Origin: Alphaproteobacteria bacterium | GTDB lineage: Bacteria > Pseudomonadota > Alphaproteobacteria > JAAXGF01 | Assembly (NCBI GenBank): GCA_963555825.3 | Contig: CAUVXB020000002.1 | Coordinates: forward strand, 2,624,001-2,688,000 | Length of the DNA stretch: 64,000 nucleotides | Direction of reading: 5' to 3' | Shown here: one piece after another, positions 1 through 9,926 of the stretch | How the letters are laid out: each line of letters opens with the position of its first letter | Position numbering within the stretch: the stretch's first letter is position 1 | The notes under the pieces: model-generated | The model's input: the letters and a program-made list of their open reading frames with translations, nothing else | Told to the model about the DNA's origin: nothing | Database searches by the model: none | Position numbers and translations under genes: made by a program

Positions 1-1598
1 TTGGCCAGGAAGATCACCCCGAGGTGCAGCGGATGGATGCCGTAGGCCGCGGCGACCGGGACGATCAGCGGCACCAGCACGACGATCGCCGAGAAGATGT
101 CGAGCAGGCAGCCCGCCGCCAGCAAGAACAGGTTGAGGCCGAGCAGGAACAGCCAACGCGATTCGACGGTCGCCTCGATCCACCCAGCGGCGACCGTCGG
201 CACGTCGGCGAAGATCAGATAATTGGCCAGCCCCATAGCGGCGGCGAGGATGATCATGATGCCGCCGACCAGCACGCCGCAGCCGACCAGGACGCGCGGC
301 AGGTCGTGCCGCAGGCTGAGTTCGCGGTGGATGACGAGCTCGACGAACAGCACGTAGGCGACGCTCAGGCTGGCCGCCTCGACCAGCGTCGTGAAGCCCG
401 TGAAGATCGCGAACAGGATCGCCGGCGGCAGCATCAGTTCCCATTTCGCGGCGCCCAGCGCGGCGACCGCCTCGCGCGCCTCGAAGCGGTGGCGTGCGGC
501 GCCATCGATCCGGCTGCGCGCGACGGCGTAGAGGCAGACCAGGCCGATCAGCAGCAGCCCGGGCGCCAGCGCGGCGGCGAACAATCGGTCGATCGGCGTG
601 AACGAGGCGACGCCGTAGAGGATGATCAGCAGGCTCGGCGGAAACAGTATCCCTAAGCTGCCCGAGGCGGTGATCGTGCCCAGCGCGAAGCGCTCGCCAT
701 AGCCGTCGCGCACCAGCACCGGCATCATCAACCCGCCGAGCGCCAACAGCGTGACGCCCGAGCCGCCGCTGAAGGTCGTGAAGAAGGCGCAGACCGCGAT
801 AGTGACGATCGCGGTGCCGCCGGGGCACCAGCCGAACAGCGCCCGGAAGGCGCGCACCAGGCGGCGCGACGCGTTGCCCTCGGCCAGGATGGCGCCGGCC
901 AGGGTGAACAGCGGGACGGTCGGCAGGATCGGGTTGGCGGCGATGCGGTAGGCCTCGACCGGGATCGAGGCGATCGGCGTCGCGTCGACCCAGAACAGCA
1001 GCAGCGCGGCGGCGCCGAGCACGACGAAGATCGGCGCGCCGGCCGCCGCCGCGACCAGCGTCAGGCCGAAGCCGGGCGCGAGCAGCCACGGCCGAAACTC
1101 GACCGGCACGAGCTCGAGGGCGGCGGCCAGAGCCACCGCGGCGACGGCGACGGCGCGGCCCCGGACGCCGCCCGGCAAGCGCAGGAAGAAGCGCCAGCCG
1201 ATCAGCGCGAAGCCGGCCGGCATGACGATCTCGGCGAGCCACAGCGGCAGCACGCCGCCGACCACCGCCTGCGCCGCGTGGTCGGCCAGCACCATGTCGA
1301 ACGCTGCCTTGGCGAGCAACAAGCAGACCGCCACGGTGAGCGCCCCGGCGACGACCTCGGCGGCGCTGCGCCAGCGTCCGCCGAGCGCCGCCGCGAAGCC
1401 GAGCGCGAGGTGGCGCCCCGCCGGCACCGCCGCGACCGCGCCCAGGAAGCCGATCCAGAGCGTCAGGTGTCGCACCAGGTCGATCGATCCGGGAATGCCG
1501 ATGCCGGCCAGCGGCCGCGTCGCCGCCTCGACCAGCGGCAGGCCGACCAGGCCGGCGAGCGCTGCGACGAGCAGGCCGCGTTCGGCCCGGCCCGGCAC
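1..1598 (-). CDS. TRAP transporter fused small+large permease (DctQM/TatQM-like), runs off the window edge
   Basis: Manual minus-strand translation from GTG 1598: VPGRAERGLLVAALAGL...LVRHLTLWIGFLG, later FTTFSGGSGVTLLALGGL and GSLGILFPPSLLIILYG (DctM-type motifs). Directly downstream of the DctP-like gene. Confidence 0.85.
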   Translation of the reverse strand, partial: MPGRAERGLLVAALAGLVGLPLVEAATRPLAGIGIPGSIDLVRHLTLWIGFLGAVAAVPAGRHLALGFAAALGGRWRSAAEVVAGALTVAVCLLLAKAAFDMVLADHAAQAVVGGVLPLWLAEIVMPAGFALIGWRFFLRLPGGVRGRAVAVAAVALAAALELVPVEFRPWLLAPGFGLTLVAAAAGAPIFVVLGAAALLLFWVDATPIASIPVEAYRIAANPILPTVPLFTLAGAILAEGNASRRLVRAFRALFGWCPGGTAIVTIAVCAFFTTFSGGSGVTLLALGGLMMPVLVRDGYGERFALGTITASGSLGILFPPSLLIILYGVASFTPIDRLFAAALAPGLLLIGLVCLYAVARSRIDGAARHRFEAREAVAALGAAKWELMLPPAILFAIFTGFTTLVEAASLSVAYVLFVELVIHRELSLRHDLPRVLVGCGVLVGGIMIILAAAMGLANYLIFADVPTVAAGWIEATVESRWLFLLGLNLFLLAAGCLLDIFSAIVVLVPLIVPVAAAYGIHPLHLGVIFLA

Positions 1599-1617
1599 GG
1601 CCCGCGCGCGACCCGCG

Positions 1618-2646
1618 TCAGGGGGCAGTAGCGGGCGGCGGATCTGTGGCGTCGCGGTAGTCATCACGGAGCCTCAGCACTTCGTCGAACGCGGCCGCCG
1701 GGATCATCGCGCCGCGCATCACCGGATAGATCGATCTGGTCTCGCGCCGCCACTCGTCGAGCGCCTCGGGCGACACGGCGACGACCTCGAGGCCGCGCTT
1801 GACCATGGCGGCGACGGCGTCCCGTTCCATGCGCCGGACGGCCGCGATCATCGCGGCGCCCTGGTCGCGCGCGATCGTCTCGAGCGCCGTGCGCATCGCC
1901 GGCGGGATGCGGTTCCAGGTCTCGGCCCTGACCACCGTCGCGCCGAGCGCCGGACCCCATTTGAGGTCCGACATCCAGCCGGTGAAGGGAAACCACTGAT
2001 TGCCCAACGCCATGATCGGCGGCGCCTGGAAGGCCGAGATCATGCCGGTCTGCAGGCCCGGCAAGATGTCGGTGCTGGACAGCGGCACCGGCTGGAAGCC
2101 CATGCGCTTCCACTCCTTGCCGAGCGTCGTGACCTCGCCCGTCGTCCAGATGAAGAGCTTGAGCGCGCGCAACTCGTCGATGCGCTCGACCGGCGCCTTG
2201 GTGAAGAAATGCACCCAGCCGGCGGTCGCCCAGTTGAGCACGACGTAGCCCTTGTCGCGCAACCGCGCCTCCCAGCGCGGCATCATGCGGGCCCAGACGT
2301 AATCGAGTTCGTCGTCCGAGGCGAAGGCCATCGGGATGTTCATCGCCGTCACGACGGGATCGATCGTGCTGAGGGCGGCCACGGTCACCAAGGCGGCGTC
2401 GATCTGGCCGATCCGCATGCGCCGCATGATGTCGGATTCGTCGCCCAGCGTGCCCGCGAAGATGCGCATGCGCACCGTGCCGCCGCTCGCCGCGCGCCAC
2501 TTCTCGTCGGTCTCGCGGATCGAGATATCCCAGGCCGAGCCCTTGGGCGCCAGCGAGGCGAACTTGACGACCACCGTCTCGGCCGCCGCCGGCGAACCGA
2601 GCAGCGCGGCGAGGACCGCCGCCAGGGCGAAGCGCCGCGCGCTCAT
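1618..2646 (-). CDS. TRAP substrate-binding protein, DctP family (TatP-like)
   Basis: Signal peptide, KFASLAPKGSAW, GTLGDESDIMRRMRIGQIDAA, ILPGLQTGMI. Confidence 0.9.
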   Translation of the reverse strand: MSARRFALAAVLAALLGSPAAAETVVVKFASLAPKGSAWDISIRETDEKWRAASGGTVRMRIFAGTLGDESDIMRRMRIGQIDAALVTVAALSTIDPVVTAMNIPMAFASDDELDYVWARMMPRWEARLRDKGYVVLNWATAGWVHFFTKAPVERIDELRALKLFIWTTGEVTTLGKEWKRMGFQPVPLSSTDILPGLQTGMISAFQAPPIMALGNQWFPFTGWMSDLKWGPALGATVVRAETWNRIPPAMRTALETIARDQGAAMIAAVRRMERDAVAAMVKRGLEVVAVSPEALDEWRRETRSIYPVMRGAMIPAAAFDEVLRLRDDYRDATDPPPATAP

Positions 2647-3590
2647 CCTTCGTCTCCCAGGAACAGGTCGTCGGCCTGCGAGAGCAGCAGCGCGGCGCGG
2701 CGCTGGGCGATCAGGTTGGCCAACCGCTGGTCGGGCGCGGTGTCGACGTCGAACGCCAGCGCCTGGTGCAACAGTCCCTCGAATTCGCGGCGGTCGCCCA
2801 GCCGTACCGCGACATGCTCGGCGAGCGAGACCATGACCGATAGCCTGCGTCCGTCGGCCAGCGCCATGGCGCGGACATAATGGTCGCGGGCGCGCGCGAC
2901 GCTGCCGCCCTGGGCCTCGTGGCGGCCACCCTCGAAGGCAACCATGAACTCGTGCGCGGCGCCGCCCCGGTAGGTCTCGTCGAGCGCCAGGCAGCGGCGC
3001 GTCATCGGCTCGATCAGCGAGAGGTCGGCGACCAGATCCATGTTCCGCTTGTCCGAGGCGATCGCCGCGGCCCAGGCGACGGTCGCCCAGTAGAGCGCGT
3101 CGACCTGGTCGGTTTGGATCGCCGAAAGCGCCGCCTCCGGCGCCTCGGCGAGGCGCTCGCGGAAGCCGGCGGCGTCGAGCTCGAGCGCGCGCAGCGCGTA
3201 GTCGCGGCCGCGCAGGTAGAGCCGGTGGGCGCGACGGCGCTTCTGGCGCGCCTCGCCGGGCGCCTCGCGCTCGATCTCGTCGGCCGGCAGCGCGACATAG
3301 GCGTAGGCATATTGCGTGAAGCCGCTCGCCGCGGCGACCAGCAGGCCGCGATGGTCGGGCAGCTCTTCGAGCAGGCCCTCGATCGTCTTCAGGCCGAAGG
3401 GGATCGCCTGGCCGACCAGCTCGACGTCGCCGTCGGTCGCATAGACGGCGCTACTGTCGGCCAGACTGTCGGCGACCGCGCGGGTCGCCATACGCTCGAC
3501 GGCCGCACAGCCCGGCGACGCTATCAGGGCGCAGAACGCCCCGATCGGGAGGATGCGCCGCCGGACGATGCGTTTGTCGGAACCAGCCAT
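2643..3590 (-). CDS. TRAP transporter T component (TatT), probable lipoprotein
   Basis: Lipobox-like ASPGC, IPFGLKTIEGLL, FTQYAYAYV, RLANLIAQRRAALLL. ATGA overlap with the dctP-like gene. Confidence 0.85.
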   Translation of the reverse strand: MAGSDKRIVRRRILPIGAFCALIASPGCAAVERMATRAVADSLADSSAVYATDGDVELVGQAIPFGLKTIEGLLEELPDHRGLLVAAASGFTQYAYAYVALPADEIEREAPGEARQKRRRAHRLYLRGRDYALRALELDAAGFRERLAEAPEAALSAIQTDQVDALYWATVAWAAAIASDKRNMDLVADLSLIEPMTRRCLALDETYRGGAAHEFMVAFEGGRHEAQGGSVARARDHYVRAMALADGRRLSVMVSLAEHVAVRLGDRREFEGLLHQALAFDVDTAPDQRLANLIAQRRAALLLSQADDLFLGDEG

Positions 3591-3663
3591 GCTGCCCAAA
3601 TATCGAGCGGCCTATGAAATTCAAAATCCTTGGATTTCCCGACTGGGGTAGCGCCTTCGGTAA

Positions 3664-3694
3664 TACCAAGGATCAGCGATAAAGACCCTTGGTA
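3664..3694. repeat. 31-bp minimal element with IS630-like ends
   Basis: TAA|TACCAAGG-N15-CCTTGGTA|TAA. A one-ended copy, TTA|TACCAAGGATCAGC, starts at 5228. Confidence 0.55.
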
Positions 3695-3707
3695 TAAGAC
3701 GCCGGTC

Positions 3708-4184
3708 TCAGCCCCGCCTGATTTCGGTGGCGGCGTCGAGCACGGCGCGAACGATCTTGTCGTAGCCGGTGCAGCGGCACAGGTTGCCGGCCAGCCAGTA
3801 GCGCACCTCGGTCTCGGATGGGTCCGGGTTGCGCTCGAGCAGCGCCTTGGCGGCGACCAGGAAGCCCGGCGTGCAGATGCCGCACTGCAGCGCGGCGTGA
3901 TCGAGGAACTTGGCCTGCAGCGGATGCAGTCGCTCGCCCTCGGCCATGCCCTCGATGGTCTCGATCTCGCGGCCCTCGGCCTCGACCCCGAGCACCAGAC
4001 AGGAACACACCAGTCGGCCATCGAGCATGACCGAGCAGGCGCCGCAGTCACCCGACGCGCAGCCCTCCTTGCTGCCGGTCAGGCCGAGCCGGTCGCGCAG
4101 CACGTCGAGCAGTGTCTCCTGCGGCTCGCACAGGAACTCGGCGGCATCGCCGTTGATCGTGGTCGTCGTGTGATAGCTCGCCAT
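3708..4184 (-). CDS. (2Fe-2S) subunit of a xanthine/CO dehydrogenase-family molybdenum hydroxylase (CoxS-like)
   Basis: GCASGDCGACSV, LQCGICTPG and GNLCRCTGY motifs. Confidence 0.93.
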   Translation of the reverse strand: MASYHTTTTINGDAAEFLCEPQETLLDVLRDRLGLTGSKEGCASGDCGACSVMLDGRLVCSCLVLGVEAEGREIETIEGMAEGERLHPLQAKFLDHAALQCGICTPGFLVAAKALLERNPDPSETEVRYWLAGNLCRCTGYDKIVRAVLDAATEIRRG

Positions 4185-5047
4185 CAGCCGGTCCCCGCCC
4201 TGTCGCGCGCGATTACGGCGGCGCGGCGCGCCAGCACACCGGCCACCTTGGTGCGGAATTCTATCGTGCCACGCTTGTCGTCGATCGGCCGGCAGGCGGC
4301 CGACGCAGCGTCGGCCAGACGCGCCAGCGCAGCGTCGTCCAGGCGCGAGCCGTCGAGCGCCGCGCCGGCCTCGGCGACCAGCAGCACGCGCGCCGCCACC
4401 GCGCCGAGCGCGACGCGCGCGTCGCGGCAGACGCCGTCGTCGTCGAGCGTCAGGCTGACGCCGGCGCCGACCACCGCGATGTCCATCTCGGTACGCGGGA
4501 TGAAGCGCAGGTAGGCATCGCCCGAGCGTGGCGGGCGCCGCGGCAGGAAGATCGAGGTGACGAACTCGCCGCTGGCGAGCGAGGTCGCGCCCGGGCCGGT
4601 CGCGATGTCGGCGACCGGCGCCTCGCGCGTGCCGTCGGGCCCGGCGATCGTCGCCAGCGCGGCGGCAGCGATCAGCGCCGGCACACTGTCGGCGGCGGGC
4701 GAGGCGTTGCACAGATTGCCGCCCAGCGTCGCGCGGCCCTGGATCTGGGTCGAGCCGATCAACTCGGCGGCCTCGACGACGCCCGGCCAGGCGGCGACCA
4801 GCGCGGCGCATTCGCCGAGCTCGGCGCCCGACACCGCGGCGCCGATGCGAAAGCCGCCGTCGACGGCCTCTATCGCGCGCAGCGCGGCGATCCGCTTGAC
4901 GTCGACCACCAGAGCGGGTTCGACCAGCCCCGAGCGCATCTGGACCAGGAGATCGGTACCGCCGGCCAGCACACGCGCCGTACCGCCGGCGCCGGCCAGC
5001 AGGCCGACCGCCGCATCGATCGTTTCGGGCGCCTCGTAGCGCATCAT
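4184..5047 (-). CDS. FAD-binding subunit of a xanthine/CO dehydrogenase-family enzyme (CoxM-like)
   Basis: LAGGTDLLV, ATLGGNLCNASPAADS, PIDDKRGTIEFR. Confidence 0.93.
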   Translation of the reverse strand: MMRYEAPETIDAAVGLLAGAGGTARVLAGGTDLLVQMRSGLVEPALVVDVKRIAALRAIEAVDGGFRIGAAVSGAELGECAALVAAWPGVVEAAELIGSTQIQGRATLGGNLCNASPAADSVPALIAAAALATIAGPDGTREAPVADIATGPGATSLASGEFVTSIFLPRRPPRSGDAYLRFIPRTEMDIAVVGAGVSLTLDDDGVCRDARVALGAVAARVLLVAEAGAALDGSRLDDAALARLADAASAACRPIDDKRGTIEFRTKVAGVLARRAAVIARDRAGTG

Positions 5048-5409
5048 CGCGGAACCATCCTCATGCCGTATGAAGCCGAGAGAATAATGCCACACGCTTG
5101 CAGCGGGTAGCGAAACATCGCATGGGGCCCATTCGCGCAACGCATGGCACGCCGCGCCGCGCTCTCATCCCTTGGCGCCGCCAAATTCTCGCCGTCTGAG
5201 ACCGCGCCCCGACACGTCCACCGGTTATACCAAGGATCAGCCCAGCCATGACCCTTTCGCATGCCTGATGTGCGGCCTTAGCAATACTTCGGGCCCTGGG
5301 GATGCTTACCTATGCTGCAACGCAACAAACACCGCAACCCGCTACGACAACGCCGCGCCATACCGCTTTTCAGAGCAATGGCCGCACTCGGAACAAGGAA
5401 ACCATAGCC

Positions 5410-5553
5410 ATGCAAAACCTCTTCCAGACGATCCGCCAATGGCAGCGCAGCAACGCGGCGGCCAGAATGCTCAACCGGATGGACGACAACATGCTCGCCG
5501 ATATCGGCCTTGCCCGCGGCGACATCCGCAAGGCCGTTCACATCTTTCACTGA
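5410..5553 (+). CDS. DUF1127 small protein (47 aa)
   Basis: LNRMDDNMLADIGLARGDI matches the DUF1127 L..DIG motif. AAGGA RBS upstream. Confidence 0.85.
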   Translation: MQNLFQTIRQWQRSNAAARMLNRMDDNMLADIGLARGDIRKAVHIFH

Positions 5554-5699
5554 CGGCACGGGCGGCGCTCCAGCGCCGCATGCGATCAAATTAGTCCGAT
5601 CGAACGGCGGCCCCTCGCAGGGTCGCCGTTTTCGTTCGAGCTCGGGCCGCCTTCCAGGCGGCAAGCGGTGCCCCTTCGACGGCGTGGCAGGCGACGGTC

Positions 5700-6095
5700 G
5701 CGTCGACGCGGCGCCGAGGCGAAGGCGGCCGTCGAGCGCCGACGCCAGGACGTAGAGCTTGCCAAGGTGAGAGAGCGGCACCTCGCTGCCTTGGCTGCTT
5801 GGCTGCTTGGCTGCTTGGCTTGGCTGCTTGGCTGCTTGGCTGCTTGGCTGCTTGGCTGCTTGGCTGCTTGGCTGCTTGGCTGCTTGGCTGCTTGGCGCGA
5901 GGCCGAAGAGCCGATCTCTCTCGCGCAATGCCGCCGGCTGCGAGCAAGCGGCGGCACTGCCGACCGAGCTGCGCGATATCGCCCAGCGGTACGGGCGAAC
6001 ACAGCAATTCGCATGTCGTCTCGCCGATATCCGTTCCCGGCATGAGCAGAAGGACCGGTTCCTCGGACGGCTGGCCGCCGCTGGGCTCGGCCGAG
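5700..6095 (+). pseudogene. Probable C-terminal fragment of a hypothetical protein, interrupted by an 8-bp tandem repeat
   Basis: AVERRRQDVELAKVRERHLAALA precedes the repeat and ELRDIAQRYGRTQQFACRLADIRSRHEQKDRFLGRLAAAGL follows it in another frame. Family recognition is from memory only. Confidence 0.45.
5791..5896. repeat. Tandem repeat (TTGGCTGC)n: 12 full units plus two 5-nt partial units
   Basis: Read directly from the sequence. Confidence 0.97.
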
Positions 6096-6265
6096 GATGC
6101 TCGCCTGGCGTCACGCCTAGCGCACCATGTATGAGCAAATCAGACTAAGCAATCGCGGTCGGCCACCCGTCCCGCGCAAGGCTGCCTTGCGGTATGCAGG
6201 CTTGTCGGACGCCCGCCTTTGCGTGTAAAGCTCTGCCGGACGCCCGCACGCGCGCAAGGAATATC

Positions 6266-7630
6266 ATGTCCGCACCGCCGACATCGGCCGGCCCCACCGT
6301 CAACGACAAACGTGAGCTGTTCGACTACCTCGCCTCGGCGTGCAAGCCGCGTGATGCGTGGTTGATCGGCACCGAGCACGAGAAGTTCGGCTTCCGCGGC
6401 TCAGACAACGCGCCGCTGCCCTACGACGGCCCGCAGGGCATCCGCGCCATGCTCGAGGGCATGCAGCGCTTCGGCTGGCAGCCGGTCGTGGAGGACGGCA
6501 ACGTCATCGCGCTGACGCTCGACAACCAGGCGATCACGCTCGAGCCGGGCGGCCAGTTCGAGCTGTCGGGTTCGCCGTTTTCCGACGTCCACCAGACCTG
6601 CCGCGAGGCCAACACGCATTTGAAGCAGGTGCGCGAGGTGGCGCACGAAATCGGCGTCGACTTCGTCGGCGTCGGCTTCCAGCCCAAGTGGCGGCGCGAA
6701 GACATCCCGGTCATGCCCAAGGGGCGCTACGACATCATGCGCGCCTATATGCCGACGCGCGGCTCGCTCGGCCTCGACATGATGCTGCGTACCTGCACGG
6801 TGCAGGTCAATCTCGACTTCGCCGACGAGGCCGACATGGTGACCAAGATGCGCGTCGGCCTGGCGCTGCAGCCGATCGCCACGGCGCTGTTCGCCAATTC
6901 GCCGTTCACCGAGGGCAAACCGAACGGCTATCTCAGCTATCGCAGCACGATCTGGACCGACACCGATCCCGACCGCTGCGGCATCCTGCCCTTCGTGTTC
7001 GACGACGACATGGGCTTCGAGCGCTACGCCGAGCACGCGCTCGACGTGCCGATGTATTTCATCCACCGCGACGGCGCCTACATCGACGTCTCGGGCCAGT
7101 CGTTCCGCGACTTCCTCGACGGCCGGCTGCCGGCGCTGCCCGGCGAGCGGCCGACGCTCGCGGATTGGGAGAGCCACCTGACCACGCTGTTCCCCGAGGT
7201 GCGCCTTAAGCGTTTCATCGAGATGCGCGGCGCCGACGGCGGGCCGTGGGACATCATCTGCGCGCTGCCCGCCATTTGGGTCGGCCTGCTCTACGACCAG
7301 GGCGTGCTCGATCAGGCGTGGCAGATGGTCAAGGACTGGAGCAACGCCGACCACGAATACCTGCGCGCCGAGGTGCCGCGCACGGCGCTGCACACCGAAT
7401 TCCGGGGCCGCAGCCTGCAGGCGCTCGCCAAGGACGTGCTGGCGCTGTCGCGCGAGGGTCTCAAGCGCCGCGCGGTGATCGATTCGCGGGGCAAGGACGA
7501 GAGCCATTTCCTCGACCCGCTCGACGCCATCGCCCTGACCGGCAAGACGCCGGCCGAGGGCCTCCTGGAGGCCTACGACGGCTATTGGGAAGGCGACATC
7601 GACAACCTGTTCGCCGACATCGCGTATTAG
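6266..7630 (+). CDS. gshA: Glutamate--cysteine ligase (alphaproteobacterial/plant type)
   Basis: IGTEHEKF, TLEPGGQFELSG, MMLRTCTVQVNLD, FPEVRLKRFIEMRGADGGPW. AAGGA RBS. Confidence 0.95.
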   Translation: MSAPPTSAGPTVNDKRELFDYLASACKPRDAWLIGTEHEKFGFRGSDNAPLPYDGPQGIRAMLEGMQRFGWQPVVEDGNVIALTLDNQAITLEPGGQFELSGSPFSDVHQTCREANTHLKQVREVAHEIGVDFVGVGFQPKWRREDIPVMPKGRYDIMRAYMPTRGSLGLDMMLRTCTVQVNLDFADEADMVTKMRVGLALQPIATALFANSPFTEGKPNGYLSYRSTIWTDTDPDRCGILPFVFDDDMGFERYAEHALDVPMYFIHRDGAYIDVSGQSFRDFLDGRLPALPGERPTLADWESHLTTLFPEVRLKRFIEMRGADGGPWDIICALPAIWVGLLYDQGVLDQAWQMVKDWSNADHEYLRAEVPRTALHTEFRGRSLQALAKDVLALSREGLKRRAVIDSRGKDESHFLDPLDAIALTGKTPAEGLLEAYDGYWEGDIDNLFADIAY

Positions 7631-7754
7631 GTGAGACGATGCCACATTGTCGGACGGTATGGCGGCGCCGTTAAGCCGTGTTCCGCCGTCTGATCATGCC
7701 GCCAAAATCCTGTTTTTCACATCGTGTTGCCGCTGTTGTGCCTGTCGGGATGTC

Positions 7755-7830
7755 GGCCGCCGCCGGCGTTTGGCCGGCCAGGGCGGCACAGGGCCGTTCG
7801 GTGTTGTAGAAGTCGATCCACTCACGGTAG
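7755..7830 (-). pseudogene. Remnant of an IS3-family integrase C-terminus
   Basis: WIDFYNTERPCAALAGQTPAAA resembles the IS3 YN..RPH..L...TP motif. Confidence 0.6.
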
Positions 7831-7991
7831 GAAATCGGCGACCCTAGGCCCGCCACCGGGCCTGTACCACTCGCGCCCTGTGCCGACGCTGGCGAAATCG
7901 ACACCCCGACCTTCCACAGGCAGTCTGCCGAGATGCTAGCGATTTATGTCAAAGCGCCGACACAGGTCGCCGCGAACAATACACATGACAG

Positions 7992-9440
7992 GATCGTGTC
8001 CCGGCAGGTGGTGTAAGAGCGTTGCGCTCTACGCGGCTCCCGGCGGGTAGGGCCGGGACGTTCAGGCTGCCACGGTGGGCAGCGTGATGGGGACACCATC
8101 GCCCAGCGGAGCGATGGATTCCAGCGTCATGTATCTCCTTGAGACGGCCCACTCGTCGTTCTGCTCGAGAAGGATGGCGCCGACGAGCCGTGTGATGGCG
8201 TCTTCGTTGGGAAAGATGCCGACGACGTTGGTGCGGCGCTTGACCTCGGCATGGAGCCGTTCGATCGGGTTGGTCGAATGCAACTTCTGGCGGTGCTCCT
8301 TGGGGAAGCTCATGTAGGCGAGGACGTCGTGCTCGGCTTCGTCCATCAGGGCGGCGAGCTTGGGGACCTTGGGCCTGAGCTGGTCGGCGACCTGACGCCA
8401 CTGGACCTTCGCGCTGTCGGCGTCCTCCTGGGCGAAGGCGGTGGCGACGAAGGCGGAGACGACGCGCCGACCCTGGCGGCCGGCATGGGCCAGCAGGTTG
8501 CGGGCGAAGTGCACGCGGCATCTTTGCCAGGTGGCGCCGAGGATCCGGGTCGCGGCGGCCTTCAGGCCCTTGTGGTCGTCGGAGATCACCAGCTTCACGC
8601 CGCGCAGCCCGCGCCGGGCCAGCGAGCGCAGGAACTCAGTCCAGAAGGTCTCGGCCTCCGACGCGCCGATCGCCATGCCCAGGACCTCACGCCGGCCTTG
8701 GTCGTTGACGGCCACAGCCACGGTCACCGCGACCGAGACGATGCGTCCGGTCTGGCGCACCTTCACATAAGTCGCATCCAGCCACAGATAGGGCCAGTCG
8801 CCCTCCAGCGATCGATCGAGGAAGCCGTTGACCTTATCGTCGATCTCGCCGCACAGCCTGGAGACCTGGCTCTTGGAGACGCCCGACATCCCCATCGCCT
8901 GAACCAGATCGTCGACCGAGCGGGTCGACACGCCCTGGATGTAGGCCTCCTGGATCACCGCAGCCAGCGCCTTCTCGGCCATCCGCCGCGGCTCCAGGAA
9001 GCCCGGGAAGTAGCTCCCCTTCCTCAGCTTCGGGATCTTCAGCTCGACCGTGCCGGCCCGGGTCTCCCAGGACCGGTCGCGGTAGCCGTTGCGGTGGGTG
9101 ATACGATCCGCCGAGCTCTCGCCGTGAGCGGCGCCGGTCAGGCCCTCGACCTCCAGTGCCATCAGCCGCTCGGCCGTGAAGCCGATCATCTCGCGAAGCA
9201 GATCGGCATCGGAGCTCTTCTCCAAAAGCGCGCGTAGGGTCATCATGTCCTGGGTCATCGTGGTTCTCCTTCGGGTCAGGTTGGTTCGCACTAGCCCAAC
9301 CCTAAACCGGAACCGCGATGGCCTCCGCTGTGGATAGCCGGCTTGCCTACGCCAGACTCTCGGCGGTCGCTACGGCAAGCCGCCTACCCACAGCTACCAG
9401 AGGCTCCAACAACTCCTACACCACGTCCTGGGACACGACC
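7992..9440 (-). mobile_element. IS256-family element
   Basis: Imperfect IRs GATCGTGTCCC.../...GGGACACGACC. 8-bp target duplication CATGACAG at 7984-7991 and 9441-9448. Confidence 0.95.
8062..9258 (-). CDS. IS256-family transposase
   Basis: [38 protein letters not shown]. Confidence 0.95.
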   Translation of the reverse strand: MTQDMMTLRALLEKSSDADLLREMIGFTAERLMALEVEGLTGAAHGESSADRITHRNGYRDRSWETRAGTVELKIPKLRKGSYFPGFLEPRRMAEKALAAVIQEAYIQGVSTRSVDDLVQAMGMSGVSKSQVSRLCGEIDDKVNGFLDRSLEGDWPYLWLDATYVKVRQTGRIVSVAVTVAVAVNDQGRREVLGMAIGASEAETFWTEFLRSLARRGLRGVKLVISDDHKGLKAAATRILGATWQRCRVHFARNLLAHAGRQGRRVVSAFVATAFAQEDADSAKVQWRQVADQLRPKVPKLAALMDEAEHDVLAYMSFPKEHRQKLHSTNPIERLHAEVKRRTNVVGIFPNEDAITRLVGAILLEQNDEWAVSRRYMTLESIAPLGDGVPITLPTVAA

Positions 9441-9545
9441 CATGACAGCACCCGACCAACTTGCATCAACGCTACAAAAACTCTTGCCAACAAGGAGCCG
9501 TGCACAGATGGCGACAAGCTGACCTGCGGCGGATCAGGCCGCCGG

Positions 9546-9665
9546 ATCCGCTACCGGCTCGAATGCGGGCGTGAGTGTCGTGAATTTTCGAAGTTGCGCG
9601 TTCTAGGTCTGGTTACCGCTCGGAAGCGGACGTCGGAGACGATCTCGCTCGACGTCTGCTTGTGA
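9546..9665. repeat. Composite hairpin repeat, partial copy (H2-36nt-H3-22nt-H4 start)
   Basis: GTCTGGTTACCGCTCGGAAGCGGAC at 9607-9631. Spacing and spacer sequences parallel the copies at 17.3 and 21.5 kb. Confidence 0.7.
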
Positions 9666-9926
9666 ACATCCCGCTGGAATTTGGAAGAGGGAATTTGAAA
9701 GAATCGCACAGATTTTTCGTCAGGGATCGATCCGGTAGGGACGCTCTTGGGTGAGTATCTTGAAGATGACGCGACAGCGGTGACGGTCGAGCGCCGCGTG
9801 GTCCTGGCGCAGCCTCGCTATCGACGCATCATTGCTCACCATTGCTTGGTAGCGTCAGGCTAACGTGAAGGGGTCGGCGGGTGTTATCGTGATCGCAGCA
9901 GAGGATCTGCATAGAGGCTGAAATCG

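Noticed and set aside
5586-6148. ORFs with AKQPSSQA or AAWLLGCL repeats as real repeat proteins
   Set aside because: They are translations of the 8-bp microsatellite, which is open in all frames.
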